DNA from: Alphaproteobacteria bacterium
GTDB lineage: Bacteria; Pseudomonadota; Alphaproteobacteria; UBA828
Assembly (NCBI GenBank): GCA_965216915.1
Contig: CBDCGS010000011.1
Span: forward strand, 523,230-587,229
DNA length: 64,000 nt
Reading direction: 5' to 3'
Part shown: positions 1-9,420 of the stretch, piece after piece
How positions within the stretch are numbered: the first letter of the stretch is position 1
Layout of the letters: every line of letters begins with the position of its first letter
Notes under the pieces: generated by a model
The model's input: only the letters and a program-made list of their open reading frames with translations
What the model was told of the DNA's origin: nothing
Databases searched by the model: none
Position numbers and translations under genes: made by a program

Positions 1-373
1 GATCGTGGGGATCGGAACGGTCGAGCTCGCCCTGTTGCCGCCACTCCTCGAGGCTACCCAAGCCTGGCCGACCGGGGGTCGAATCGTCCTGGTGCTCGTC
101 GTTCTCGCCCCGCTCGGGATGCTGCTCGGGATGCCGTTCCCGATGGGGCTCAAGGCGCTCGGCGCCACGGCGCCGGATGATGTGCCATGGGCCTGGGCGA
201 TCAACGGCTGCGCGTCGGTGATAAGCGCGGTGCTTGCAGCCTTGATTGCGGTGCATATCGGCTTCACGCTTGTGATGGTGTGCGCGCTCGCGCTTTATCT
301 GCTCGCGGCGCTCACGTTTGTGACGGGCGCGTCGCTCGGCCCGCGAACGACCGCCGAGATGAGGGACGGATGA
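1..373 (+). CDS. Membrane protein, C-terminal fragment; the 5' end lies outside the window. Hydrophobic TM-like segments.
   Basis: The ORF is open to the window edge (in-frame codons before the first GTG). Hydrophobic stretches LVLVVLAPLGMLLGMPF and VMVCALALYLLAALTFV. The stop overlaps the next ATG (ATGA at 370-373). Confidence 0.4.
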   Translation, partial: IVGIGTVELALLPPLLEATQAWPTGGRIVLVLVVLAPLGMLLGMPFPMGLKALGATAPDDVPWAWAINGCASVISAVLAALIAVHIGFTLVMVCALALYLLAALTFVTGASLGPRTTAEMRDG

Positions 374-1089
374 AGTTTTTGGTCTTGCAGCACATTGCCG
401 TGGAACATCCGGGCATTTTTCGCACCTTCATGAAAGCCGACGGCGTTGCCTGGGACACGGTGGAGCTCGACGAAGGTGACACGATTCCGTCCCTCGAAGG
501 CTACGACGCCATCTTCTCGATGGGGGGGCCGATGGACGTGTTCGACGAGGCGGAGCACCCCTGGCTCATCGACGAGAAGGCCGCCATCCGAGAGGCCGTC
601 GTCGAGCGGGACATGCCGTTTCTCGGGGTCTGCCTCGGCCATCAGCTGCTCGCCGAAGCGCTGGGTGGGACGGTGGGCCGCATGGCCGAGCCCGAGGTCG
701 GGATCATGAGCGTGCGCCTCACCGAGGCCGGCCACGCCGACCCCCTGCTCAAGGGGCTCGACAACGCGGTGACTTGCCTACAGTGGCACGGCTGCGAGGT
801 GGTGGAGATGCCCGAGAACAGCGTCGTATTGGCGCGCTCGGACGTCTGTCCGATCCAGGCCTTTCGCGTGGGCGCACGGGCCTACGGATTGCAGTATCAC
901 GTGGAGTTGACCGACACCACGATTGGGGATTGGGCGGCGGTTCCCGCCTATGCCGCCTCGCTGGAGGCGAGCTTCGGCGCAGAGGGTTTGGCCACGCTCG
1001 AAGCGGACGCCGCAATGCACATGGCCGGCTTCAACGAGAACGCGCGCCGGCTTTACGACAATTTCGCGGCTCTGGTTCGGGCCGGCTGA
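370..1089 (+). CDS. Class I (type 1) glutamine amidotransferase, GMP-synthase-like GATase1 domain protein
   Basis: Motif GVCLGHQLL (nucleophile Cys in G-x-C-x-G) and a downstream His region (LQYHVE). The ATG at 370 overlaps the upstream stop; size is ~239 aa. Confidence 0.8.
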   Translation: MKFLVLQHIAVEHPGIFRTFMKADGVAWDTVELDEGDTIPSLEGYDAIFSMGGPMDVFDEAEHPWLIDEKAAIREAVVERDMPFLGVCLGHQLLAEALGGTVGRMAEPEVGIMSVRLTEAGHADPLLKGLDNAVTCLQWHGCEVVEMPENSVVLARSDVCPIQAFRVGARAYGLQYHVELTDTTIGDWAAVPAYAASLEASFGAEGLATLEADAAMHMAGFNENARRLYDNFAALVRAG

Positions 1090-1810
1090 GGTCTGACTGT
1101 AGCCACACGTCGAGGAACGCCTCGAACCAGGCGCGGACCGCGGGATCGTGGCGGTCCGCGGCGGCCTGCTGCTCGTCGGCACTTTGGGCTTCCGGTCTCG
1201 CGAGATCGCGTTGCGCGTTCTCGTGAGTCACCCAGCGCTGGAGGATGTCGGGCCGCATCTCCGGGTGGAATTGCACCCCATAGGCAGAGCGACCGTAGCG
1301 GAACGCCTGGTTGTAGAAGGTCTCGCCGCAGGCAAGAAGCACGGCATCGCTTGGCAGGTCGAAGCCGTCCCGATGCCACTGATAGGCGTGGAATGGAGCC
1401 GGGAACAGGGGTGACCGTGGTTGGGCCGGGAAGATCGCATGATAGCCAACTTCAACCGTCCCGGCGGAGTGGCGCCAGACACGCCCACCGAGCGCCTGGG
1501 CCAGGAGCTGCGCGCCCAGGCATATCCCGAGAATCGGCACACCGGCGTCCGATTGTGCGCCGATCCATTCGGTCTCCGCGGTGAGAAAGGGATGCTCGTC
1601 CGTGTCCCCGACGCTCATCGGGCCGCCGAACACGACCGTCGCGACGAACCCCTCGGGCCTGCCGTCGACCAGGCGCGGCAGCGGATCGCCGAGCAGCGGG
1701 CAGCAAACGTCCGTCGCGTAGCCCCGCGCCCTGAGCGCATCGCCGACCGCACCCGACGAGGCCGCCTCCGAATGGGTGACCAGAACGATTCGCTCGGATT
1801 TCCGATGCAT
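1031..1810 (-). CDS. Class I glutamine amidotransferase (second, divergent paralog), convergent with the previous gene and overlapping it by 59 bp
   Basis: Motif GICLGAQLL and FHPE (catalytic His-Glu region); 259 aa. Confidence 0.75.
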   Translation of the reverse strand: MHRKSERIVLVTHSEAASSGAVGDALRARGYATDVCCPLLGDPLPRLVDGRPEGFVATVVFGGPMSVGDTDEHPFLTAETEWIGAQSDAGVPILGICLGAQLLAQALGGRVWRHSAGTVEVGYHAIFPAQPRSPLFPAPFHAYQWHRDGFDLPSDAVLLACGETFYNQAFRYGRSAYGVQFHPEMRPDILQRWVTHENAQRDLARPEAQSADEQQAAADRHDPAVRAWFEAFLDVWLQSDLSRPEPEPRNCRKAGARSR

Positions 1811-2058
1811 GCCGATTGCTCAAAACCGTCTCATGCGCTGGGCAAGGAGCCTCCCATAGCAGGCACCTTCCAAACCAGGCAAGAGGCCGGGAACATCGTG
1901 CGAGCGCGTCGCGCGCCGCCCGGAATTTTGCAGGTGTCGCGCTCGGGGTCGCGGTGATAGGATTCGAGGGGCAGGCGTCGTGCAAACGGCGCGCGGTACC
2001 GGGCGGCGCACAATTTGTCGCCGTAGCCCGGGGCTGAACTGCTTGGGGGGAGGTTGCC

Positions 2059-4545
2059 ATGGAGCACCAGATTTATCTGGTCGTGCTGGGCTTGTTTGCC
2101 CTTCTCCTGATCGCGAGCCTGCTGCACCCGCTCTCGCGCCGCATCAACTTCCCGTTCACCGTGCTGCTTGCGCTCGCCGGCGTGGTGCTCGGCGTCATCG
2201 TGATGTTTGTGCCGAACCCGCAAAGCGCGGGACTGGTCGGCGAGTTCCTGTTCTCGCTCAAGACGCTCGACATCACGTCCGATGCCGTCTTCTTCTTGTT
2301 CCTGCCGGCGCTGATTTTCGAATCGGCGATGAGCATCAATGTTCGGCATCTGATGAAGGACATCTCGCCGATTCTGATGCTTGCGGTCATCGGCCTTCTC
2401 ATCTCGACCTTTGCCGTCGGCGCCGCGCTGACCTCGGTGTCCGATGTCGGTTTCGTCGCGTGCCTCCTTCTCGGTGCGATCATCTCGGCCACCGACCCGG
2501 TCGCGGTCGTCGCCATCTTCAAGGACCTCGGCGCGCCGAAACGCCTGACGATCCTGGTCGAGGGCGAGAGCCTGTTCAACGACGCGACGGCGATCGTGCT
2601 GTTCACGATCCTCGCGGGCGTCCTGATCGCAGGCACGGAGGCGAGCGCCGGCAGCGCCTTCGTCGACTTCATCCGTGTGTTCTTTGGCGGCATTGCGGTG
2701 GGCCTCGTCGCCGCGCGGGCGGTCGCCTGGATCATCGGCCAATTGCGCAACATGCCGCTCGTCGAGATCACGCTCACCGTGGTCTTGGCCTACCTCTCGT
2801 TCCTGATCGCGGAGCACTATCTCCACGTCTCGGGCGTCATGGCGGTGGTCACCGCGGGCCTCGTGATGGGCTCCTACGGGCGCACCAAGGTCTCGCCGGC
2901 GACCTGGCACGGCTTGCATGAGACCTGGGAGCAGCTTGGCTTCTGGGCGAACTCGCTGATTTTCTTCCTGGTCGGCATCCTGGTGCCGCAAGTGCTGAAG
3001 GATATGACCGTCGGGCAGGCGATCGCACTCATCGTGCTGGTCGCGGTGGCTTTCACCGCGCGCTTCGTCGTGCTGTTCGGCGTGCTCCCGGTGATGATCC
3101 GGATGCGGCTCGCCCAGCCGGTGAGCGCCGCCTTCCGCACCATCATGTTCTGGGGCGGCTTGCGCGGCGCCGTGTCGTTGGCGCTGGCGCTGCTGATCTT
3201 TGAGAACGCCGGTGTCTCCGAGGAGATCAAGCACTTCGTCGTCGTCATCGTCACCTGCTTCGTGCTCGTGACGCTCTTCATCAACGCGACGACGATCCGC
3301 TTCATCATGGAGATCTTCGGGCTGGACAAGCTTTCGCCGGCAGACGCTGCGGTGCGGGACCGCGTGATGGCGCTCTCCTTGGCGGGGATCAAGGAGCAGA
3401 TCCAAACCGTGACCGAGGCTCAGCAGATGGCGCCTGAGCTCAGCCGCGCGCTCGTCGATGACTATGATAGGCGACTCTCCGCGATCGAGAGCCAGATCGA
3501 GCACAGCGTCGCCCTGTCCGACGACGATCGGGTGAAGATCGGCCTCGGCACGCTGGTCAACCGCGAACGTCAGGCCTATCTGAAGCGCTTCTCCGACGGC
3601 GTGTCGTCGGACGAGATCACCCGCGCACTCCTGCACCAGGTCGACGTGCTGGAGGACGGGCTCAAGTCCGGTGGCGTCGACGGCTATGAGGCCGCGGTGC
3701 GCGAGCGCCTCGGGTTCGACCTGGGCGTGCGGCTCGCGATGACGATCCAACGCCGCTTCGGCTCGACGGCCTTGCTGGCGCGGCGGCTCGCGGAACGCTT
3801 CGAGGTGCTGATCGCCGCGCAGAGCGCCATGCGCGAGCTCAGCGCGTATGCCGCCGCGAACCTCGGCTCGGTGATCGGCGACACCGCCGTCGCGCAGCTT
3901 GAGCAGGTGCTCGCGACGCGACAAGAGCTCACTGACCGTGCGGTCGAGGCGCTCAAGCTGCAATATCCGGATTATTACGACGCCGTTCAGCGCTGCCATC
4001 TGGGCCGCGTCGCGACCCGCCTCGAGGACCTCAACTATCGACGCATGCTAAGCGAGCAGGTAATCAGCGAGGCGATCTTCGACACGCTCCAATCCGAGTT
4101 GGATCGCCGGGCCAGCGAGCTCGACACCACGCCACAGCTCGATCTCGGCCTCGAGCCCGAGAAGATGGTCGCCAAGGTGCCGTTCTTCGAGCAGCTGGAT
4201 CAGGCCCGGATCCGGGAGATCGCCGCGCAGCTCAAACCGAGGCTCGTGCTTCCCGACGAGTTCGTGGTGCGCAAAGGCGATACGGGCGATGCGATGTACT
4301 TTGTCTCGACCGGCGCCGTCGAGGTCCAAGTCGCCGGTGGCGAGCCGGTTCGCATCGGAAGCGGCGACTTCTTCGGCGAGATCGCGCTGGTGCGTGAGAC
4401 ACCGCGCGTCGCCGATGTTCGCGCTCTCGGTTATTGCCAGGTCCTCGCGCTTTATGCTCGCGATTTCAGGCGGCTCATGGAGCGCAACCCGGACCTGCGG
4501 GAGACCATTGAGCGGGTCGCCGCGGAACGGCTCAGCGACGGCTGA
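2059..4545 (+). CDS. CPA1-family Na+/H+ (cation/proton) antiporter, NhaP-type, with a C-terminal cyclic-nucleotide-binding (cNMP) domain
   Basis: About 420 aa of multi-TM exchanger sequence (ATDPVAV, LVEGESLFNDATAIV). A long regulatory linker is followed by the cNMP motif FFGEIALV...R.A.V..A. A strong RBS GGGGGGAGG precedes the ATG at 2059. Confidence 0.85.
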   Translation: MEHQIYLVVLGLFALLLIASLLHPLSRRINFPFTVLLALAGVVLGVIVMFVPNPQSAGLVGEFLFSLKTLDITSDAVFFLFLPALIFESAMSINVRHLMKDISPILMLAVIGLLISTFAVGAALTSVSDVGFVACLLLGAIISATDPVAVVAIFKDLGAPKRLTILVEGESLFNDATAIVLFTILAGVLIAGTEASAGSAFVDFIRVFFGGIAVGLVAARAVAWIIGQLRNMPLVEITLTVVLAYLSFLIAEHYLHVSGVMAVVTAGLVMGSYGRTKVSPATWHGLHETWEQLGFWANSLIFFLVGILVPQVLKDMTVGQAIALIVLVAVAFTARFVVLFGVLPVMIRMRLAQPVSAAFRTIMFWGGLRGAVSLALALLIFENAGVSEEIKHFVVVIVTCFVLVTLFINATTIRFIMEIFGLDKLSPADAAVRDRVMALSLAGIKEQIQTVTEAQQMAPELSRALVDDYDRRLSAIESQIEHSVALSDDDRVKIGLGTLVNRERQAYLKRFSDGVSSDEITRALLHQVDVLEDGLKSGGVDGYEAAVRERLGFDLGVRLAMTIQRRFGSTALLARRLAERFEVLIAAQSAMRELSAYAAANLGSVIGDTAVAQLEQVLATRQELTDRAVEALKLQYPDYYDAVQRCHLGRVATRLEDLNYRRMLSEQVISEAIFDTLQSELDRRASELDTTPQLDLGLEPEKMVAKVPFFEQLDQARIREIAAQLKPRLVLPDEFVVRKGDTGDAMYFVSTGAVEVQVAGGEPVRIGSGDFFGEIALVRETPRVADVRALGYCQVLALYARDFRRLMERNPDLRETIERVAAERLSDG

Positions 4546-4634
4546 GCCCCCAACCGCGCACGACACACCCCCATCCGACTTAACTCGTTGTTATCCAAGG
4601 CGTTTAACGTGCCCTTAAGTGCCGATAGCGCATC

Positions 4635-4895
4635 ATGATGAGCGATAGGGTTAATCGTGCGGTGTTCGGAGGACTCCTCGATATGTTGTCAAATCGCTCG
4701 ATCGAAACGCTTCTGGATCTGGCCGAGAACAAGCTCTCGGCGATTGTGCCTTTCGACCGCGACGACATGCGCGAGATTCGGACGTTGGAGCTTTGCATCG
4801 AGGAGCTGCGCGCGCTCAAGACGGGCGGACGGGACGGTCAGGCGAAGGGCCGACCGCGTGCACCCAAGCGCGAGCCCCAGCGCCTATCGGCCTGA
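4635..4895 (+). CDS. Hypothetical small protein (86 aa) in a lower-GC strip next to the IS element
   Basis: ORF with double ATG start and no clear SD; charged and helical composition; no recognisable family. Confidence 0.3.
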   Translation: MMSDRVNRAVFGGLLDMLSNRSIETLLDLAENKLSAIVPFDRDDMREIRTLELCIEELRALKTGGRDGQAKGRPRAPKREPQRLSA

Positions 4896-5013
4896 CGAGC
4901 TGCCCGCGCACCGCCCGACGGTGGTGCCAAACCTCTCTCTCATTGGAATTGACGCCAGTGCGTCGTCGCAGGTGATTCCGCCTACTTGGGATTTGCTCTA
5001 GAGCGTGATCCAT

Positions 5014-5580
5014 CTAGATTGAAGCGTATCCGGCATTTCGGATGAAGTTTTGGCATTCCTGAGGGCTGACGTTGTCGAGCAATTTGCCGATGCGCTGCCA
5101 GGTTGCGTCAACGGTGCGTTCCTCGGCCTTGCGTAGCAAAGATTTGAGCTTGGCGAAGAGCTGCTCGATGGGGTTCAGGTCGGGCGAGTAGGGCGGCAGG
5201 AACAAGAGCTTGGCGCCGGCGGCCCGGATCGCGCGGCGAACCTGGCGCCCCTTGTGCGAACCCAGGTTATCCATGATCACGATATCGCCCGGACGGAGCG
5301 TCGGCACCAGGAACTGTTCGACATAGGCCAGGAAACTTCGGCCGTTGATCGGCCCGTCGAAGACACAGGGCGCGTCGATGCGGTCGTGACGGAGCGCGGC
5401 CAGGAAGGTCAACGTGCGCCAGCGCCCCTGCGGCACCCTGGCAAGGAGCCGCTCTCCCTTCCGGCAACGGCCATAGAGGCGCGTCATGTTGGTCTTGGCC
5501 CAGGTCTCGTCGATGAAGACCAGGCGCGTGGGATCGAGCCGGCCCTGATATTTCTTCCAGCGCGCCCGCCGGCGCACCAC
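5014..5580 (-). CDS. IS630-family transposase, DDE catalytic part (OrfB), in the +1 frame relative to OrfA
   Basis: DDE region: [30 protein letters not shown]. This frame is open upstream through the A8 run, so a fused transposase would be made if one A were dropped. Confidence 0.8.
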   Translation of the reverse strand: MVRRRARWKKYQGRLDPTRLVFIDETWAKTNMTRLYGRCRKGERLLARVPQGRWRTLTFLAALRHDRIDAPCVFDGPINGRSFLAYVEQFLVPTLRPGDIVIMDNLGSHKGRQVRRAIRAAGAKLLFLPPYSPDLNPIEQLFAKLKSLLRKAEERTVDATWQRIGKLLDNVSPQECQNFIRNAGYASI

Positions 5581-5581
5581 G

Positions 5582-5956
5582 TCAGGTCGGTCCTGCTCGC
5601 TGGCGTGCAGGCTTTTTTTTGAAGTTGATGCCCTCGTCGTTCAACAAACGCCAAAGCGAGCCATAGCTCGCCCGCACCCCGCGCTCCTGCAGTTCCGAGA
5701 CCAACGCACGCAGCGTGATGTCCGGTGAGGCGGCGAGCCGGTCCAGCAACCAGTCGCGCTCGCCAAGCAGCAAACGCGGCAGCCGGCTGCCCATCGGCTT
5801 CGCAGCAACGCTGCCCGTCGCTCGGTAGCGCTGCGACCACTTCACAACGCTCGAAACGCTCACACCAAAGTGAGACGCAACCTCCCGAACAGGCTGACCC
5901 GCCTCAACCCGAGCAACAACACGAGAACGAAGATCCTCCGAATAGGCTCGTGCCAT
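5582..5956 (-). CDS. IS630-family transposase, N-terminal HTH part (OrfA); terminates 9 codons after an A8 run
   Basis: Helix-turn-helix N-terminus typical of IS630 (SEDLRSRVV...[21 protein letters not shown]). Minus-strand A8 at 5613-5620. Confidence 0.8.
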   Translation of the reverse strand: MARAYSEDLRSRVVARVEAGQPVREVASHFGVSVSSVVKWSQRYRATGSVAAKPMGSRLPRLLLGERDWLLDRLAASPDITLRALVSELQERGVRASYGSLWRLLNDEGINFKKKPARQRAGPT

Positions 5957-6049
5957 CCATACTGGCCTCCTTCTCCAGCCAGCATCTTGAATCAGTTTTC
6001 TCGCCCCTTGGGAATCCCCACAAACGATTCAACTAAACTGAATCGTGCT

Positions 6050-8032
6050 CTAGCGCGGAATAATCCGCTCCGGCGGAAAATCCAGGATCACCGACGTTCC
6101 GACCCCAACCTCGCTTTCGATGTCGAGCACGCCGTCGTGGAGTTGCATCATCGACGCGGACAGCGGCAAACCAAGACCAGTGCCCTCATACTTGCGGCTG
6201 AGCGCGCTATCCACCTGGCCGAACGCCGAGAGCGCCTTCGGGATGTCTTTTCGATCGATGCCGATCCCGGTATCGGCGACGATAATCCTGTAGCCGGTTC
6301 TCTCATCGGCCTCGGCAGAAATCGTGACGGATCCGCCCGGCGGCGTGAATTTGACGCCGTTCGAAAGCAGGTTGAGAAGAATCTGCCGAATCTTCGTCTC
6401 GTCGCCACCGAGTCTGGGAAGCTGCTCATCGACATTGTTGATCATTTCGACTTCGGCGGCCTCTGCGCGCGGCTTGAGCAGGCGGATACAGGCCGTGGCC
6501 ACGATCCGGATATCGACTGGGCGATTTTCAAGATCGAGCGCGCCCGCTTCCGCTTTCGAATAATCGAGAATGTCATTGATGACGCCGAGCAGATGCGTGC
6601 CGCTCACATGGATGTCCCGGACATAGTCCGTGTACGCCTGGCTTCCGAGCGGACCGAATAGCTCGTTCTTGAGTATTTCGGAAAATCCGATGATCGCGTT
6701 GAGCGGAGTCCTAAGCTCGTGGCTCATGTTCGCGAGAAACTCGGTCTTGGCACGGCTCGCAAGCTCCGAGATCTCGTGCGCGCGCCGGGCTTCCTCCTCC
6801 GCAAGGCGCAACTCGGCTTCGCGGGATTTCATCTTGGTGATGTCGTGCCAGATTTCGATGACGCCGCCACTGCCCGACCGCTCGGTCGTGATTTGCACCC
6901 AACGATTGTCGGCGAGCTCGATTTCAACATCGTGACGCGCGCGCCTGTGATGCTCCACTTGCTTGTCGATAAACCCGCGCACGTCCTCCGGCGACCCGGC
7001 GAACAAGCCCGCGTCCCCCGCCGCTTCCATCAAGTCGCCAAAACGCGACCCAGACACAACCGACTTGGGATCCCGCGACAGGAAGCTCGCATAGGGGCTA
7101 TTGCAAAGCACCAACTTGTCGTCGCAATCGTAAAGCGCGAAGCCTTGGGGAATGATCTCGATGGCTTGCACCAGTCGTGCCTGCGCCTCAGAGAGGCGAG
7201 CCTCGGTCTCGGTGGCTTCGGTGACATCCGTCGCCGTGCCGCGATACCCTTGGAACGTGCCTGTTGCTTCGTCGAAGACCGGAACCCCGCTTAGCCTGAA
7301 CAGACGCACACCGCCGTCGGTGTCAACCAGGCGATAGAACACCTCGCGAAACGGCACGCGCGAGCCCGGGTACGGATGCTGCTTCCGGTTGGCTTCCGCA
7401 AAGCCCTCGAAATCACCGAATTCGAACAGGCATGTGCCAATCAGCAGGCGCGCCGGAAGGCCGACGATCTCCGTAAAACGCTCCGAGACGAACGTGAACT
7501 TGAAAGCCTGATCGACCTCCCACACCCAGTCGAAGGTCAAGCGTGCGATGTCGTCGAACCGGGCGCGGGCGAGCCTGAGCTCGTCGGATTTCCGGTCCGC
7601 AACGCCATGAAACAAACCGATGACCAGAGCCGGCCCGTCTTCGGACGCGGGTAACGGCCAGTAGTGGCCGATGATCATTTGGTGGTCCGCCCCATCGTCC
7701 CGCAACGCATGCTCGAACTCGCACGGCCTCCCGACCTTGAGCGCGTGGGTGATCGCAGCCTTCGGCGAAAGCGCGAGTTCGGGCGTGCTGTCAGAACGGG
7801 CCGGATCGTTGCGCTCAACCAGCGCGCGGTAGGCGGCGTTCGCGTGAACCAGAATCCCATCTTGGTCGGCGACGAAGGCGGCGGGCCCGTGTTCGAACGC
7901 GAAGGCGAACCAAGGCTCGTTCAGCGTTCCGCGGATTGTGTCTCGCCCACTTCGCGCGGAATCGAGCCGCGGGTGCGGAACAATCCGCGCGGTCTCCGTC
8001 TCGGCGGAGTGGGAAGACCCTGGCTTAGCCAT
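6050..8032 (-). CDS. Cytoplasmic PAS-domain sensor histidine kinase (multi-PAS, HisKA, HATPase_c)
   Basis: H-box HELRTPLNAIIGFSE; N/G boxes LLNLLSNGVKFT, DTGIGI, GTGLGL. Several PAS-like segments and no TM segment. The chosen start MAKPGSS at 8032 is 4 nt from the upstream stop; the longer track ORF (to 8605) is a Ser/Arg-rich frame artefact. Confidence 0.85.
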   Translation of the reverse strand: MAKPGSSHSAETETARIVPHPRLDSARSGRDTIRGTLNEPWFAFAFEHGPAAFVADQDGILVHANAAYRALVERNDPARSDSTPELALSPKAAITHALKVGRPCEFEHALRDDGADHQMIIGHYWPLPASEDGPALVIGLFHGVADRKSDELRLARARFDDIARLTFDWVWEVDQAFKFTFVSERFTEIVGLPARLLIGTCLFEFGDFEGFAEANRKQHPYPGSRVPFREVFYRLVDTDGGVRLFRLSGVPVFDEATGTFQGYRGTATDVTEATETEARLSEAQARLVQAIEIIPQGFALYDCDDKLVLCNSPYASFLSRDPKSVVSGSRFGDLMEAAGDAGLFAGSPEDVRGFIDKQVEHHRRARHDVEIELADNRWVQITTERSGSGGVIEIWHDITKMKSREAELRLAEEEARRAHEISELASRAKTEFLANMSHELRTPLNAIIGFSEILKNELFGPLGSQAYTDYVRDIHVSGTHLLGVINDILDYSKAEAGALDLENRPVDIRIVATACIRLLKPRAEAAEVEMINNVDEQLPRLGGDETKIRQILLNLLSNGVKFTPPGGSVTISAEADERTGYRIIVADTGIGIDRKDIPKALSAFGQVDSALSRKYEGTGLGLPLSASMMQLHDGVLDIESEVGVGTSVILDFPPERIIPR

Positions 8033-9197
8033 CGGCGCCGACCTGCTTGAGCGCGAAGAGATAATCAGAGCTCCGGCGCCAGCGTCGCAACACGCGATTG
8101 GCGTCGTGCTGGCGCGTCTTTCTATAGAGCTCGACCAATTCGCGATGCTGCGCGGCGCTCGGCTTCGCGCCGCCGTCACCTGCGCGCCGCGTAAGCTCGA
8201 AAATCGCCATGAACGTATCCGTGTCCAGGCCGATCGCACGGCAAAGCAGTGCCAAGGCTTCCCCGCCCGGCTCGAACAGAATGCGCCGGAGCAGCTTGGG
8301 GCGCAGACCGCTGAGCTTGCAGAGACCGGCCTCGAAGAGCGAAACCTCGCCCTGACGAAGCGCCTTGATGAGGAAGCTCGCATCGAGCTCGTCGAGCGCT
8401 GCGAGACGGTCGACGAGATCTTCCGGCTTGGTCGACGACGCGCCCTCGGAATCCTCGAGTTGGATCGCCGTCGCGGCTTCGATTGCATCGTCGAGCGATG
8501 ATGCGTCGATGTCGAAGTTGGCGGCGATGTGCTTTCTGAGAGCGGCGGAGACCCACCAGTACATCCGCTGCGCGAGATCTGTGGGCAAGTCTGGGCGCCG
8601 CACAAGCGGATTCTGGTAACTGTCCATTCGCTTGGATTCGCTCACCAGATATTCCATGACCTCGCGCGAGATGGCGGCACCATGGTTGTTGAGAAGGCTG
8701 GTGATCACATCTTCATCACCGGTCTCGACCAGCGCCTGCGACACTTCCTCGCTCACCGTGCTTCGCATCGACACGGCGAGCTGATGCTGCATGGTGCGAT
8801 GCTTGACGATTTCGATGAGATCGGCGTCCTGGAGAATCTGGTTTTGGATCAGGATCTGGTGGGCGACCTCGAATTCCTGATTGGCCAGCTCGACCACCAG
8901 CGCGTGCGGCGTGTCGGTCCGTGTGGCGAGCTGATCGGCCAGGCGCTTCCGTACCTCCATTTCGACGTCGTGGATGAGCTGACGCAAGATTTCGCCCATC
9001 AGGGCGCGTTCACGATCGCTCAGCATCTCGCCGTTTTTTAGGAACAAATCCTGAACGGCTTCGAACAAAGCACCGCGGCTATCCCGCGATCGATCGCGGG
9101 CGAGACGGAATAGCGTCTCCACGTCGAAATCCCCCGCGCGAAGGGCGTCGGCAACCAACGTCGGCATCGTCGCTTCTGATCTGCTCTCGATCGGCAT
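8025..9197 (-). CDS. Conserved hypothetical protein, resembles alphaproteobacterial DUF2336-type helical-repeat proteins; start uncertain (9197, 9167 or 9269)
   Basis: About 390-aa helical protein immediately upstream of the kinase. Family assignment is from memory only. Confidence 0.5.
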   Translation of the reverse strand: MPIESRSEATMPTLVADALRAGDFDVETLFRLARDRSRDSRGALFEAVQDLFLKNGEMLSDRERALMGEILRQLIHDVEMEVRKRLADQLATRTDTPHALVVELANQEFEVAHQILIQNQILQDADLIEIVKHRTMQHQLAVSMRSTVSEEVSQALVETGDEDVITSLLNNHGAAISREVMEYLVSESKRMDSYQNPLVRRPDLPTDLAQRMYWWVSAALRKHIAANFDIDASSLDDAIEAATAIQLEDSEGASSTKPEDLVDRLAALDELDASFLIKALRQGEVSLFEAGLCKLSGLRPKLLRRILFEPGGEALALLCRAIGLDTDTFMAIFELTRRAGDGGAKPSAAQHRELVELYRKTRQHDANRVLRRWRRSSDYLFALKQVGADG

Positions 9198-9420
9198 CGC
9201 CGCTTTCGCCTCGCGCAGAGGTAGTCCGTAGGCCGGAAGACACACCCGGCCCTTCTGCCGAATTACCACTCTGCGGGCTAAGATTTCGCTAACGCGGCGA
9301 TCGCCAGAGTCGCTGTAAACGCAAACGGAAACGAGCGTTCTGTGTCAACGGCGCCCCTGGTCAGGGAAACTCAGGACCGCGGATCCCCCGTCGGCGGCGG
9401 CAGGACCAAGCGTCGCGGGG

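Larger units (their letters stand above)
5001..6050 (-). mobile_element. IS630 (Tc1/mariner-type) family insertion sequence, ~1050 bp, inserted in a CTAG target with TA duplication
   Basis: Imperfect terminal inverted repeats: left GAGCGTGATCCATCTAGATTGAAGCG versus the reverse complement of the right end, GAGCACGATTCAGTTTAGTTGAATCG. Both junctions are CTAG, flanking TA at 4999-5000 and 6051-6052. Two transposase ORFs lie inside. Confidence 0.75.

Noticed and set aside
1831-3999. 722-aa minus-strand ORF antisense to the antiporter gene
   Set aside because: Arg/Asp/His-rich low-complexity translation typical of a GC-rich antisense frame. It fully overlaps a clearly homologous transporter gene on the other strand.
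8032-8605. N-terminal 191-codon extension of the histidine kinase ORF
   Set aside because: Ser/Arg/Thr-rich nonsense overlapping the DUF2336-like gene in another frame. The kinase begins at MAKPGSS, 4 nt after the upstream stop.
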